From the NCBI GenBank assembly GCA_964016885.1, contig OZ024743.1, positions 113,274,001-113,338,000 on the forward strand: a stretch of 64,000 nucleotides of DNA, read 5' to 3'. The stretch comes from Eledone cirrhosa (Eukaryota). A program made the translations under genes and the position numbers. The notes under the pieces were generated by a model. It had not been told where the DNA came from. It did not search any database and saw only the letters and a program-made list of their open reading frames with translations. Below are positions 1-13,780 of the stretch, piece by piece (position 1 is the first letter of the stretch; the number at the start of each line of letters is the position of its first letter).

Positions 1-285
1 CTGACCTTGTCTTGCTCATACAGGAACTGATTCAGGCTTGATTTCTACAGCTGGATGCCCTTCCTAACACCAACCCCATGTATAGTGAGTGCTGGGTGCT
101 TTTTTGCCGTGGCACCTCCACGACCACTTTGCAGTGGAATGATAGAGACTCCAGTCCTATCACCTCATTTCTACAGCTGAGTAAACTGGAGCAATGTGAA
201 ATAAAGTGTCTTGCTCAAGGAAACAACACATCACCCGGTCCGAGAATTGAACTCACAACCTTTTGATTGCAATGTGCCTTCATGG
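1..285 (-). mobile_element. Chimeric tRNA-derived SINE (tRNA head, CCTTGAGCAAGACACTT body, RTE-type tail), cut by the window edge
   Basis: Reverse complement matches the copies at 21434-21770 and 24403-24755. Confidence 0.8.
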
Positions 286-379
286 ACATTTAAATCCCTG
301 AGTGAAAACATGGTACTTACTATCAAGTCATAATCGATTATGAGTGATGGATGTAGTTTAATAGATTTATATACCACAT

Positions 380-900
380 ATGTAGGTGTCACGACAAAAA
401 GCACCCAGCCCACAGCGTAAAGTCGTCATGTAGGTGTCACAACAAAAAACACCCAGTCCACACTGTAAAGTGGTCATGTAGCTGTCACGACAAAGAGCAC
501 CCAGTTCACACTGTAAAGTGGCCATGTAGGTGTCATCACAAAAAGCACCCTGTCCATACCGTAAAGTAGTCATGTAGTAGTCACGACAAAAAGCACCCAG
601 CCCATACTGTAAAGTGATCATGTAGGTGTCACAACAAAAAGCACCCAGCCCACACTGTAAAGTGATCATGTAGGTGTCACAACAAAAAGCACCCAGCCCA
701 CACTGTAAAGTGGTCATGTAGGTGTCACAACAAAAAGCACCCAGCCTACACTGTAAAGTGATAGTGTAGGAATCACAACAAAAAGCAACCAGCCCACACT
801 GTAAAGTACTCATGTAGGTGTCGCAACAAAAAGCACCCAGCCTACACTGTAAAGTGATAGTGTCGTAGTCATGACAAAAATCACCCAGTACTCACTGTAA
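380..900 (+). repeat. 48-bp minisatellite (~11 copies) amplified from the RTE/SINE 3' UTR
   Basis: Unit catgtaggtgtcacaacaaaaagcacccagcccacactgtaaagtgat. It runs into the ggaaaggcatccagctgtag...(gat)n tail at 900-1067. Confidence 0.9.
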
Positions 901-1080
901 ATGTGATTGGTGTTAGGAAAGGCATCCAGCTGTAGAAATCTTGCCAGAAATAGTTCGATGTGAGCAAGACATGGTCACCTGACCCAACTCGCTTCAAATG
1001 GGACAACCCGTCTAACCCATGTTAGTGTGGAAAGTGGATGTTAAACAACGATGATGATGATGATGATATGTATATACCTC

Positions 1081-2633
1081 ATAACTATATACCACATAAC
1101 TGTATACCGCATATGAATATAGCACATAACTATAGCACATAACTATATACCACATAGCTATATACCACGTAACTGTATACCGCATAACTGTATACCCCTT
1201 AACTGTATACCATATGTATATACTGCATAACTATATACTGCATAACTCTATACCGCATAACTATATACCACATAACTATATACCACATATGAATATAGTA
1301 CATAACTATAGCACATAACTTTATACCACATAGCTATATACCGCATAACTGTATACCTCTTAACTGTATACCATATGTATATACTGCATAACTCTATACC
1401 GCATAACTATATACCACATAACTATATACCACATAACTTTATACCACATAACTTTATACCACATAACTATATACCATATAACTATATACCATATAACTAT
1501 ATACCACATAACTATATACCACATAACTATATACCACATAACTATATACCACATAACTATATACCACATAACTATATACCACATAACTATATACCACATA
1601 ACTTTATACCACATAACTATATACCACATAACTATATACCACATAACTATATACCACATAACTATATACCACATAACTTTATACCACATAACTATATACC
1701 ACATAACTATATACCATATAACTATATACCACATAACTATATACCACATAACTATATACCACATAACTATATACCACATAACTATATACCACATAACTAT
1801 ATACCACATAACTATATACCACATAACTATATACCACATAACTATATACCACATAACTATATACCACATAACTTTATACCACATAACTTTATACCACATA
1901 ACTATATACCATATAACTATATACCACATAACTATATACCACATAACTATATACCATATAACTATATACCATATAACTATATACCATATAACTATATACC
2001 ATATAACTATATACCATATAACTATATACCACATAACTATATACCACATAACTATATACCACATAACTATATACCACATAACTATATACCACATAACTAT
2101 ATACCACATAACTATATACCACATAACTTTATACCATATAACTATATACCATATAACTATATACCATATAACTCTATACCACATAACTATATACCACATA
2201 ACTATATACCACATAACTATATAGCACATAACTATATACCACATAACTATATACCACATAACTATATACCACATAACTATATACCACATAACTATATACC
2301 ACATAACTATATACGACATAACTATATAGCACATAACTATATACCATATAACTATATACCATATAACTATATACCACATAACTATATACCACATAACTAT
2401 ATACCACATAACTATATACCACATAACTATATACCACATAACTATATACCACATAACTATATACCACATAACTATATACGACATAACTATATAGCACATA
2501 ACTATATACTACATAACTATATAACACATAACTATATACCATATAACTATATACCACATAACTATATACCACATAACTATATACCACATAACTATATACC
2601 ACATAACTATATACCACATAACTATATACCACA
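1081..2633. repeat. 15-bp minisatellite (ataactatataccac)n, ~100 copies
   Basis: Direct periodicity; the YIVMW/HNYIP ORFs are its translation. Confidence 0.97.
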
Positions 2634-4009
2634 AGGCTGTTTCTGCTGACTCACAGCTGCTAAGTTAAGGATTTCTAAATTAACCATTTCTTTGATTTGG
2701 CACAACCCAGTGTTGCAGGGATGGGAATGTAGATAATCAATACTTTGTGGGGGAGACTACATAATCTATACAATCAATTACTATAGAATATTATCACTTC
2801 TTCTATTGACTTTGAAAAGATGAAAGAGTGCAAAGCAAACCTCTGCAACTTTTTAAAAATTCAAACAATGAAACATTGATGTTAACATAACATAAAGCAT
2901 AAAATTTGGCACATAGATGACCATAGTCCTTTGAACCCATTGACACATGTGCCAGGGGTCATGGTGAAACACTGCAGCTATTTTTAACCCTTTTTATACC
3001 AACCTGTCCAAAATTACCTTTGATTATATGAACAAAACCACACATTTTAAAGGGTTTTTATATAAATTACAACTCTCTGACATAATTTTATATAAGAACA
3101 TTTTGTTATATAATGAATACCATCTTCATGAAATTATGATTTCAGTAAATCCTTCCCATATTCTGCATTAATTAATTAAGAATTAAAATATTTCAGAAAA
3201 TGTTTTATTAAAAGGTTACCGCAATGCAAAATAAGACATTAATTGCTAAAAATATAACAAAGATGTTGACGTGTTACCCTGCAGTTCTTTCATGGTCTTT
3301 ATATTTTGGGATAACTTCATTTATAAAAAGAATAATTAAGGAAACTAATTCAGAGTAGGTTATCTCATGTTGCACTTAAGCTGCTATTATTGATATGTTA
3401 ACAGTTAAAAATATATTTTATAGTCTAGTTAGGGAAGGAAGGGCAACACCCTTGATGATTTAAAAAAATATTTTTTTGCAATATTGGTAGAAGGAACCAC
3501 AATTAACAATAGTATCTGTTAAAGGCATACATATGTTAGTGGGGTGACATTGAACTGAATGACAGATTAAGTCTTCTATATAAGAACAGAAACAGTCTTG
3601 ACCTTTACCAGCCATTTTATGGACTTTCAGATAATTTCTCTCTACTCAATTCTACATTCGCTCACAAAACTTTGGTTGACCTAAGGCTGTGATAGAAAAC
3701 ACTTGTTCAAGGTAACATACAGTTAGATTGAACCAAACACCACATGACAACAGCATACTGACTGCATACCGTTTTCCAAAATGTTAATGCAGTATCATTA
3801 ATCAAACCCCTTGAAGGCTAAAACATGACATTTATAAGAATTTCTATGACACCTTTTCTATCATTCTGTCTGCTATTTCAAACAACAATGGCTCTTTGTA
3901 GCTTTTGTTGGTTTTATCATTCCTTGAATTTGGTTTCAGCAAATTTCCCTGAAAAAAATTATACACAAAATCATAACATGAAGAAAATTATATAGGATTT
4001 AATTTGTAG

Positions 4010-4510
4010 CATTATTATCATTTTTACTGATAACATCAGCATTGATAACATCATAATAATCATCATCAGCATAGTTATCATCATCACTCTTAACAGTAAT
4101 TATCATAATTATTACCATTGTGATCATTGATATCATTGCATTGTCGTCATCATTCTTAATACCATTATCATCATCATTATTTACATCATAATCATAATCA
4201 TCATCATCATTTACATCATCATTTACATCATCATCATCATTTACATCATAATCATCATTTGCATCGTAATCATCATCATCATCATTTACATCATCATCAT
4301 CATCATCATTTATATCATAAATGTTTCTATTAATACTTTTGGCACAAAGCCAACAAATTACTCAGTGCATTACTGGTACTTTATTTTACCGAGCCCATAA
4401 GGATGAAAGGTTAACCTCGGTGAGATTTGAACTTCATTATTTATATCACCATCATCATCATCATTCATATGATAATCGTCATTGCTATTATCATCATCAT
4501 CATCATTACC
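4010..4510. repeat. Degenerate (CAT)n microsatellite region
   Basis: Visible trinucleotide runs. Confidence 0.85.
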
Positions 4511-4623
4511 AACTCACACACAGAATTATTCTAACCCCAGTTATTCTTCCTTGATTTTATCCCCTTCCCCTTCAACATTTCATTCATTCTACATTTTGCA
4601 TTTTCATTGTACATAAGTGAGTA

Positions 4624-4689
<66 letters not shown>

Positions 4690-4692
<3 letters not shown>

Positions 4693-5132
4693 AGAAGAGA
4701 TATTTAATTTGTTGGAAATCCAACAAATATAGATGTTTATAACTGATTCAGAGCACTCGACAAGTTTCTGGAGTAAGTATTCAATGATATTAAATAAATG
4801 GAAACTATATTTATAAAACCATATTTATTCTATTATATATATTTCAAGGGTACCAAAATTTTGGTACGCTATCATCAGATAAAATACAAAAAGTTTTATA
4901 AATATTTGACATGACCAAGGATAATATACCTTAACGGTTCAAGTTATCCCTGGAAAGTATATTATTAAAGTATATTACCGTTAAGGTATATTATCCTTGG
5001 TCATGTCAAATATTTATAAAACATTTTGTATTTTATCTGATGATCGCGTACCAAAATTTTGGTACCCTTGAAATATATATAATAGAATAAATATGGTTTT
5101 ATAAATATAGTTTCCATTTATTTAATATCATT
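4690..5132. mobile_element. Fold-back (inverted pLTR-like) element with outward-facing hammerhead motifs, inserted in (TA)n
   Basis: Arms ~4782-4938 and ~4977-5132 are near-perfect inverted repeats; the left arm has an extra tail at 4690-4782; same family as 13460 and 39530. Confidence 0.8.
5029..5089 (+). ncRNA. Type I hammerhead ribozyme motif (mirror copy on the minus strand at 4826-4886)
   Basis: tattttat CTGATGA tcgcgtaccaaaattttggtaccctt GAAA tatata TA atagaata: stem I 8 bp with one G-U, stem II hairpin, palindromic stem III ATATATAT. Confidence 0.75.
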
Positions 5133-5148
5133 GTATATATATATATAT

Positions 5149-5730
5149 ATCGATAGCTGTATAACAAAGTGCAGGGCAATAAAGATAGACGGTAGCCACG
5201 GAATAGGCAGACCTAGAAAAACCTGGGACGAGCTGATAAACTCCGACCTCACACACTTACACCTCTCCAAGACAATGTCACTGGACCGAGACCTTTGGCG
5301 GTACTCAGTAACAGAGAAGACCCGCCTTACCTAAATACAAAGTAAAGCCTACTACAGCCAGTAGGCATCTCTAACAAAATACCCCCCGCCCCCCGTCCCA
5401 CCACCCCCAACCCATCCACGCCACCCCGTTCTATGTAAAGTTGTGTTGGTGCCACACCATCCAGGCCGAAACAAATGAGATCGTGTAGGTGTCACGACAA
5501 AAAAACACACAGTCCACGCTGTAATGTGGCCGTGTAGGCAACACGGTAAAAACCTCCCAGACCCACACTGTAAATGTGGTTGGTGTTAGGAAGGGCATCC
5601 AACTGTAGAAAACCTGCCAGACAGTCCTATGCGAGCAAGACAAGCACTCTAGCCTCAAGTGGGACTACCCCCGTCCAAACCCATGCAAGCGTGGAACACG
5701 GACGTTAAACGTTGATGATGATGATGATGA
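5149..5730 (+). mobile_element. 5'-truncated RTE-clade LINE (ORF C-terminus, 3' UTR, (gat)n tail)
   Basis: Translates to [25 protein letters not shown]...DRDLWR, the typical RTE GRPRKTW end. Confidence 0.85.
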
Positions 5731-5822
5731 TATATATATATATACACACACGTGTATATCATCATTGTTTAACATCCATTATTCCACACTAGCATGGATT
5801 ATGTATGTATGTATGTACATGA

Positions 5823-5897
<75 letters not shown>

Positions 5898-6121
5898 TAT
5901 GTATGTGTGTGAATCATCATCATCATCATCATCATCATCGTTTAACGTCCATATTCCACGCTTGCATGGGTTTGGACGGGGTTTTCCCACTTGAGGCAAG
6001 AGTGTTTGCCTTGCTCGCATAGGACTGTCTGGCGGGTTTTCTACGGCCGGATGCCCTTCCTAACACCAACCACATTTACAGTGTGGATATATGTTTATAT
6101 ATATATGTATATATATATATA

Positions 6122-6675
6122 TCATCATCATCATCATCATCAACGTTTAGCGTCCGTGTTCCATGCTTGCATGGGTTTGGACGGGGGTAGTCCCACTTGA
6201 GGCAAGAGTGGTTGTCTTGCTCGCATAGGACTGTCTGGCAGGTTTTCTACAGTTGGATGCCCTTCCTAACACCAACCACATTTACAGTGTGGGTCTGGGA
6301 GGTTTTTACCGTGTTGCCTACACGGCCACATTACAGCGTGGACTGTGTGTTTTTTTGTCGTGACACCTACACGATCTCATTTGTTTCGGCCTCGATGGCG
6401 CGGCACCAACATAACTTTACATAGAACGGGGTGGTGGCGGGACGGGGTGTATTTTGTTAGAGATGCCTACTGGCAAGGCGGGTCTTCTCTGTTACTGAGT
6501 ACCGCCAAATGTCTCGGTCCAGTGACATTGTCTTGGAGAGGTGTAAGTGTGTGAGGTCGGAGTTTATCAGCTCATCCCAGGTTTTTCTAGGTCTGCCTAT
6601 TCCGTGGCTACCGTCTATCTTTATTGCCCTGCACTTTGTTATACAGCTATCGACTTTCATGCGCATCACGTGTCC

Positions 6676-6676
<1 letters not shown>
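6122..6676 (-). mobile_element. 5'-truncated RTE-clade LINE, inverted near-identical copy of 5149-5730
   Basis: [17 protein letters not shown]...GRPRKTW on the minus strand and the same 3' UTR. Confidence 0.85.
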
Positions 6677-6755
<79 letters not shown>

Positions 6756-7757
6756 CATCATCATCATCATTATATATATATATATATATGTATGTGTATA
6801 TATGTGTGTGTGTGTATATATATGTGTGTGTGTGTATATATGTGTATATATATATGTATGTGTATATATATATGTATGTGTATATGTGTGTGTGTGTATA
6901 TATGTGTGTGTGTGTATATATATATATATGTGTATGTGTATGTGTGTATATATATATATGTGTATGTGTGTGTAAACATGTGTTTATGTATGTGTTAGTG
7001 TATGTGTGTGTGTGTTTCAAGCATAATATAATTGTAAAAGAGGAAATGTGCCAAGTCGTGTGTTCCAGTCAGCATGGCTTCAGTGTGCATGCTTGATTTG
7101 GTAACCGTTATATATGTTTTATTATCAATATTTCCACTGACCCTCTTCACTATCTAGCTGAATATTTCAGCCAACTGGTTGGAAGCAGGGCAGGCTTTTC
7201 TTCTTCTTGTTTTTTAAGCTCTGTTTTTTTTTTGTATTGTACATCTTGCATTTCACTGACACATAGAATTACATACTCACATATAATCACATTGACATAT
7301 TCACACACACACACACACACACGCAATCATATGATCACATATATTCTCACACATACATTCACGCGCGCACACACACATGCACTCCCTCTCTCTTTATCTC
7401 ACACATACACACACACATCACATGCACTCCCTCTCTCTTTATCTCACACATACACACACACACATACACACACACACATGCACTCCCTCTCTCTTTATCT
7501 CACACATACACACACACACATGCACTCCCTCTCTCTTTATCTCACACATACACACACACACATGCACTCCCTCTCTCTTTATCTCACACATACACACACA
7601 CACATGCACTCCCTCTCTCTTTATCTCACACCATTGCAAGCAGGGAAAAGTCGACGTAAAATGATGATGATGATGATGATGATGACACTAATAGCAAAAA
7701 GATAGATTGTGAGAAAAATAAGTTTTGTGAATTGAGAAGATTGTACAGATATATAGT

Positions 7758-7788
<31 letters not shown>

Positions 7789-8417
7789 GGTTTAGCGTCC
7801 GTGTTCCACGCTTGCATGGGTTTGGACGGGGGTTTTCCCACTTGAGACAAGAGTGGTTGTCTTGCTCGCATAGGACTGTCTGGCGGGTTTTCTACGGCCG
7901 GATGCCCTTCCTAACACCAACCACATTTACAGTGTGGGGCTGGGAGGTTTTTACCGTGTTGCCTACACGGCCACATTACAGCGTGGACTGTCTGGCGGGT
8001 TTTCTACAGCTGGATGCCCTTCCTAACACCAACCACATTTACAGTGTGGGGCTGGGAGGTTTTTACCGTGTTGCCTACACGGCCACATTACAGCGTGGAC
8101 TGTCTGGCGGGTTTTCTACAGTTGGATGCCCTTCCTAACACCAACCACATTTACAGTGTGGGGCTGGGAGGTTTTTACCGTGTTGCCTACACGGCCACAT
8201 TTACAGCGTGGACTGTGTGTTTTTTTTGTCGTGACACCTACACGTATATATATATATATATTCCGTCTTACCCATGCTAGCGTGGAAAATGGACGTTGAG
8301 TGACGATGATGATGATGATGATGATGATATATGTGTGTGTATTATACATGTTTATGTCTATATATATGTGTGTATGTGTGTGTTGTGCATGTTTGTCTAT
8401 ATATATGTATATATATG

Positions 8418-8448
<31 letters not shown>

Positions 8449-8486
8449 TATACATGCATTTATGTCTGTATATATGTGTGTATATG

Positions 8487-8521
<35 letters not shown>

Positions 8522-8805
8522 CATACATGCATTTACGTCTATATATGTGTGTGGATATATGTATATATTTATGTGTGTGTGTATTTATATACATATATAT
8601 ATGTGTGTGTGTATGCGTGAGTGTATATATATGTGTGTGTATATATATATGTGTATGTATGTGTGTGTATATATGTATATATTTATGTGTGTGTGTGTGT
8701 GTATATATATATGTGTGTGTATATATGTGTATGTGTGTGTATATATATATATGGGTATGTGTGTGTGTATATATGTGTATGTGTGTGTATATATATATGT
8801 GTATA

Positions 8806-8872
<67 letters not shown>

Positions 8873-9167
8873 ATATATAAATATATGTGTGTGTGTGTAG
8901 TGAACAAGAAATAAATGCCAATAAGCAAATCCTTTAAGAATAACTTTTCCTCTCTCTCTCATTCATTTTCTTTCACACCCCCTCACTCTTTCTCTTGTCT
9001 CTCTCCCCTCTTTAGAAAACACCCTCATAATCAGAGCTTGTCTACTTCACATAACTTCTCCATAGTCTGCCATCTCTGTTAATATTTGATAGTGTCTATG
9101 ACCTTGCCAAGTAATGGAGCGTCACCACACTGCCAATCTCTGTTCACTGGTACATACATACACACAT

Positions 9168-9211
<44 letters not shown>

Positions 9212-9317
9212 CCATACACACATACATAGACACACACACGCACATACATACATACATACACATATATACATACATACATACACACATACGCATACACACA
9301 CACACACATACATACAT

Positions 9318-9349
<32 letters not shown>

Positions 9350-9379
9350 GCACATACATACACACATATACACACATAC

Positions 9380-9435
<56 letters not shown>
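6677..9435. repeat. Compound (TA)/(TG)/(CA) microsatellite field, with a ~42-bp repeat at 7372-7631 and a 112-bp tandem of RTE 3' UTR at 7873-8215
   Basis: Direct inspection; ggactgtctggcgggttttctac recurs at 7873, 7985 and 8097. Confidence 0.9.
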
Positions 9436-9437
<2 letters not shown>

Positions 9438-9899
9438 GTACATTACTTTGCATATGATCAAAGCTTCTCTGCTTAGATTGCTGTAAAACATTTTTATAGT
9501 CACTCTCCTCAATGCTTATATTCAATTGATTGGTTCTGAAGAGGCAGCAAGCAATCACACAAACTGTGTCGCAAATCAGATAGACAGTGAAAAAATATAT
9601 ATATATCATGTATAAGCTTGGCTTTGTGGTTAAGGAGTTCACTTTGCAGTCACATAGTGGTTATGAGTTCAATCTCACTGTCAGACACCTCTGAGGTGAT
9701 AAAAGCCGACCTTACCCAATTACACCTCTCAAGGGCGATGACACACGACCGTGACCTCTGGCGTCACGCAGTAATACAGAGTACCCGACCTCCCATGAGT
9801 ACAAGCTGAAGCATATAGACAAGGTGGTCATGTCTTCTGCTATAGCTTTGGATTGATAATGTATTGGGTTGACAATGTAATGATGATGATGATGTTAAT

Positions 9900-10312
9900 C
9901 ATCATCACCGTTTTACGTCCGTTCTTCCACGCTAGCATGGGTTAGACGGGTTGTCCTGTTGTGGGCAGTGTCTGGTCGGCTGACCATGCCTTGCTCATAC
10001 AGGAACTGATTTGGCTTGATTTCTACAGCTGGATGCCCTTCCTAACACCAACCTCATTTACAGTGAGTGCTGGGGGCTTTTCCGTGGCACCTACATGTCC
10101 ACTTTACAGTGTGGGCTGGGTGCTTTTTTGCTGTGGCACCTCCATGGCCACCTTGCGGTGGGGGGTGTGGGGGCATATTGTCTATATGCTTCAGCTTGTA
10201 CCCATGGGAGGTCGGGTACTCTGTATTACTGCGTGACGCCAGAGGTCACGGTCGTGTGTCATCGCCCTTGAGAGGTGTATTGGGTAAGGTCGGCTTTTAT
10301 CACCTCATCCCA
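9900..10312 (-). mobile_element. RTE LINE 3' fragment (a partial plus-strand copy lies at 9690-9820)
   Basis: Matches the 37060-37480 end of the RTE element. Confidence 0.85.
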
Positions 10313-10384
10313 TGCCAATTATGATTATCATATGAATGATGAGGATGATGATTTTGATATAAATGATGACGATGATGATGATTA

Positions 10385-10560
10385 TAGATGGTGTCCTTGG
10401 TCATAGGGCCACCTCCCCAATCACCACCATCAGCACAGAGTTGGCTACCCACAGGTGTGAGCCTTGCGAGGTGGAATGGCTCTTCCAGCGCATCTCCCTC
10501 ACCATCCTCCAGAGAAACGCCCTCTCTATTCTGTTCGCTGAGGTCGCAAGCGCGTAGGCC
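10385..10560 (+). mobile_element. C-terminal fragment of a CRE-like (restriction-like endonuclease) non-LTR retrotransposon
   Basis: GVLGHRA...EPCEVEWLFQRISLTILQRNALSIL resembles, from recall, the CRE C-terminal G.LG...FQR(I/L)S.A.QRGNA..IL motif. Confidence 0.6.
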
Positions 10561-10839
10561 CCCATTTTGCTCATAATAGTGAAAGATGAGAGCAGGAGAG
10601 ACGGAGGCAGTGACTGGGAGTTTGGTTCCTTTGTGTTTGGACCTGGTATATGTGTATACATTTAGTTACTGCTCTTACACACACACAAACATACATCAAG
10701 GTACAATGTGAAGAAACAAGTGTAACAAGAACAACTGTAAAATATCCTGAATACATATGTACAACAAATATTTTAAGGGTATCTTCCTTGCCTGCTAAAT
10801 CAGAGATTAGCTTTGCATGCTTCATGACAAACTTCTCCA

Positions 10840-11425
10840 TTTCTCCGTATCATCTGCAACCCCCTTACAAAACCCTGGCTTTCATTTATTCCTCCATCAT
10901 TTTAAATCATTTCTTTCTTGGTCATCCCCTTCCCCTATCTCCTTCTACATTTATTTCCATCCTTTTCTCACTCAGTCAATTTTGTCCTTTCTCATCACAT
11001 GACCCAACCATCTCATTTCATTTCTTTTCAGAACATTTATCACTGGCTCTATTACCATCATTTCTCTCACTCAGTCCCTTTTGTCCTATTTTAATACATG
11101 ACTCAATCATCTCATTTCTTTTTTCTTCAGGATATTCATCACTGGTTCTATTTCCATCACTCCTCTTACCTAATCACTTTCATCCTCCCTCAACACAGGA
11201 CCGGCCATCTCACTCCATTTCTTTCCACAACATTTATCACTGGCTTTATTTATTCTTTTCACCCAGCCACTGTCATCTTTCCTCAGCCCATCATCCATTC
11301 ATTTCTCTTCACAACATTCATCACTGGTTCTATTCCTCTCACCCAGTCACTTAAATCTTTTCTCAACTCTTGACCCAACCATCTCATTTCATTTCTCTTT
11401 ACAACATTCATTATTGATTCTATTC
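10840..11425 (-). mobile_element. Decayed RTE ORF end with internally tandem-amplified segments
   Basis: Repeated IE.(I/V)MNVVKRNE.RWLG, and EGDRGRG.PRKK, on the minus strand. Confidence 0.55.
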
Positions 11426-11429
11426 CCAG

Positions 11430-11645
11430 GCGGTAGATTGGCAGTATCGGTAGAGGGTTGGACGCCATGCTTTGCCACATAGAGTTACGGCCCTTTATGA
11501 TATGAGTTCAAATGTCGTCGAGGTTAACTTTGCCTTTCATCCTTACGGGGTCGATAACATAAAGTACCAGTCACACACTGGGGTCAATTTCATCGACTCC
11601 CCTCCCCCAAATTGCTGGCCTTGTGCCTAAATAAGAAACCATTAT
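11430..11645 (+). mobile_element. tRNA-derived SINE family A (body GCCTTTCATCCTTACGGGGTCGATAA, Deu/Nin-domain-like)
   Basis: A-box-like TGGCAGTATCGG and B-box GAGTTCAAAT; many other copies in the window. Confidence 0.85.
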
Positions 11646-12659
11646 TGATTCTATTCCCACCATCTTCTATAATTTATTTATTATCTGCCATGAAAAAAAA
11701 CATTTAGGATGATCATGGCTAAAGTGCCTTTGATCATAACCAGTATTGACTTGGGGGCTCAGTAACAACCCTTTGTTTTTAGAGCTACTCAACCAGTGTT
11801 TTGTTGGGGCAAAATAACAAACCTTTAATCATAGGGTTACACAACCAGTGTTGACTATATAGCCACTCAATCTGCTAAACATTGTGATTTATCTCCCTTC
11901 TCTCCCCTACCTGAAATAACTTCATGCTTAAGGAATAAATTGTTACAACTGGTTACGACCTGTTATTATGGTTATTTCTACTGATTGTTGTTGTTGTTAT
12001 ATTTACTGTCGTTGTTATTATTACTGTTATTGTTAGTCGTTACTGTTGTTGTTTTTGTTGTTATCATTGTTGTCATTGTTTTTGTTACTGTCATTGTTAT
12101 TGTGATTGATGTTGTTATTGATACTGTTGATGTTGTTGTTATTGTCTTTCGCTGATGTTAACATTAATCATCATCATCATCATCATCAGTAGTTGTAGTA
12201 GTCAGTGATGTAGAAAGCTATTGCTTGGTAGCTATCTATAAAATCTGGAAAGTGCTAATAATTTGTCACAGACAGACAGTATTCCAATTAAATACCATTT
12301 CAGTTTGTCTCTAGTTAACAGTAAATATCCTCATTTAGCTGACATTTCTTATATGACATGAATACTTTTCATTTACGCTACCATTACTCTCTTTAATTCA
12401 ACAAAACTATTTCCCCCTCACCATTCTAGATGTATCCTGCTCTTTTTATTTTGTTACTATATTTTAATATATCTGGGTTAAGTGTTGTGTGTGTGTGTAT
12501 ATCATCATTTTTATGGTGACTTCCATGCTAGCATGGGTTGTATAAAATTTTTTGAGGGAATGTTTTACACCTGCATGTCCATCCTGATACCAATCCTTGT
12601 AGTTGTTCTTGCATGGGGTACCTATTCTAAATTAGGTACAAACACGTGTACCTAGTGCA

Positions 12660-13126
12660 ATATATAGGAAGGGAATCCAGCTGTAGAAACCAAGTCAAAA
12701 TCAGTTCTGTATGAGGAAGACATAGTCACCTGACCTAACATTCACAACAGGAAAACTCGTCTAACCCCTGCCAGTGTGGAAACATGGACGTTAAATGGTG
12801 TTGATGATGATCATGATATCTGTCATCATCATCATCATCACTGTTTTACGTCCGTTCTTCCACGCTAGCATGGGTTAGATGGGTTGTCCTGTTGTGGGTA
12901 GTGTCTGGTCGGCTGACCATGCCTTGCTCATACAGGAACTGATTTGGCTTGATTTCTACAGCTGGATGCCCTTCCTAACACATTTACAGTGAGTGCTGGG
13001 TGCTTTTTCGTGGCGCCTACACGTGGTTTTTTGCCGTGGCACCTCCACGACCACCTTGTGGTGGGGGGTGTGGGGGCATATTGTCTATATGCTTCAGCTT
13101 GTACCCATGGGAGGTCGGGTACTCTG
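12660..13126. mobile_element. Two RTE-tail fragments tail-to-tail (plus 12660-12815, minus 12825-13126)
   Basis: (gat)n and (cat)n tails face each other; shared ggatgcccttcc block. Confidence 0.75.
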
Positions 13127-13139
13127 TGTATATATATAT

Positions 13140-13450
13140 GGAGTAGAAATCTGTAGATGAAAGATCATGGAAAACCGTGCTCAATCTGTTCCCAGAAAGC
13201 TTATTTAGTATAAACAAAGTTTCATACACTTTAACATGTATGTACTACCATTGGTTTCAGGGTCCAGATATGGCCACCATTGTGTATTGGAAGAGGCACT
13301 TTTAAAACTGTCTCTTCGTTTTTCCACGTGCCTAAATCAAGGGCCAGTTTTAAAAGTGCCTCCCCCAATACACTGTGGTGGCCATAACTGGACCCTGAAA
13401 CGAATGGTAACACATACATGTTAAGTGTATGAAACTTCGTTAATACTATA
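13140..13450. mobile_element. Fold-back element in (TA)n with a decayed hammerhead-like motif
   Basis: Inverted arms ~13206-13310 and ~13345-13448; related small palindrome at 23255-23360. Confidence 0.65.
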
Positions 13451-13459
13451 TATATATTA

Positions 13460-13780
13460 ATAATATTGATAAATGGAAAATATCTTTATAAAACCATATT
13501 TATTTTATTATACGTATTTCAAGGACACTAATATTTAAGTACGCTTTCGTCAGATAAAATATAATAATTAGTGTTAAGATAGTGACATATCTTCATGTGA
13601 ACTTAAATATCAGTACTCTTGAAATATGTATAATAAAATAAATATGGTTTTATAAAGATATTTTCCATTTATTAATATTATTAATATTAATGATACTCCA
13701 GATAAAATATGTTAAGAGCTTCTAATCTGTTGTAAAATTAACTTTGTTGAATAATCAGCAAACCATATAACTCATTGTTT
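13460..13780. mobile_element. Fold-back HHR element, same family as 4690 and 39530
   Basis: taaatggaaaatatctttataaaaccatat is inverted at ~13640-13672; tail tactccag...aagagctt. Confidence 0.75.
13501..13561 (-). ncRNA. Type I hammerhead ribozyme motif
   Basis: Minus strand: tattttat CTGACGA aagcgtacttaaatattagtgtcctt GAAA tacgta TA ataaaata; perfect 8-bp stem I, palindromic stem III ATACGTAT. Confidence 0.78.

Noticed and set aside
1360-2649. 379-aa and 424-aa ORFs
   Set aside because: Translations of a 15-bp minisatellite that is open on both strands
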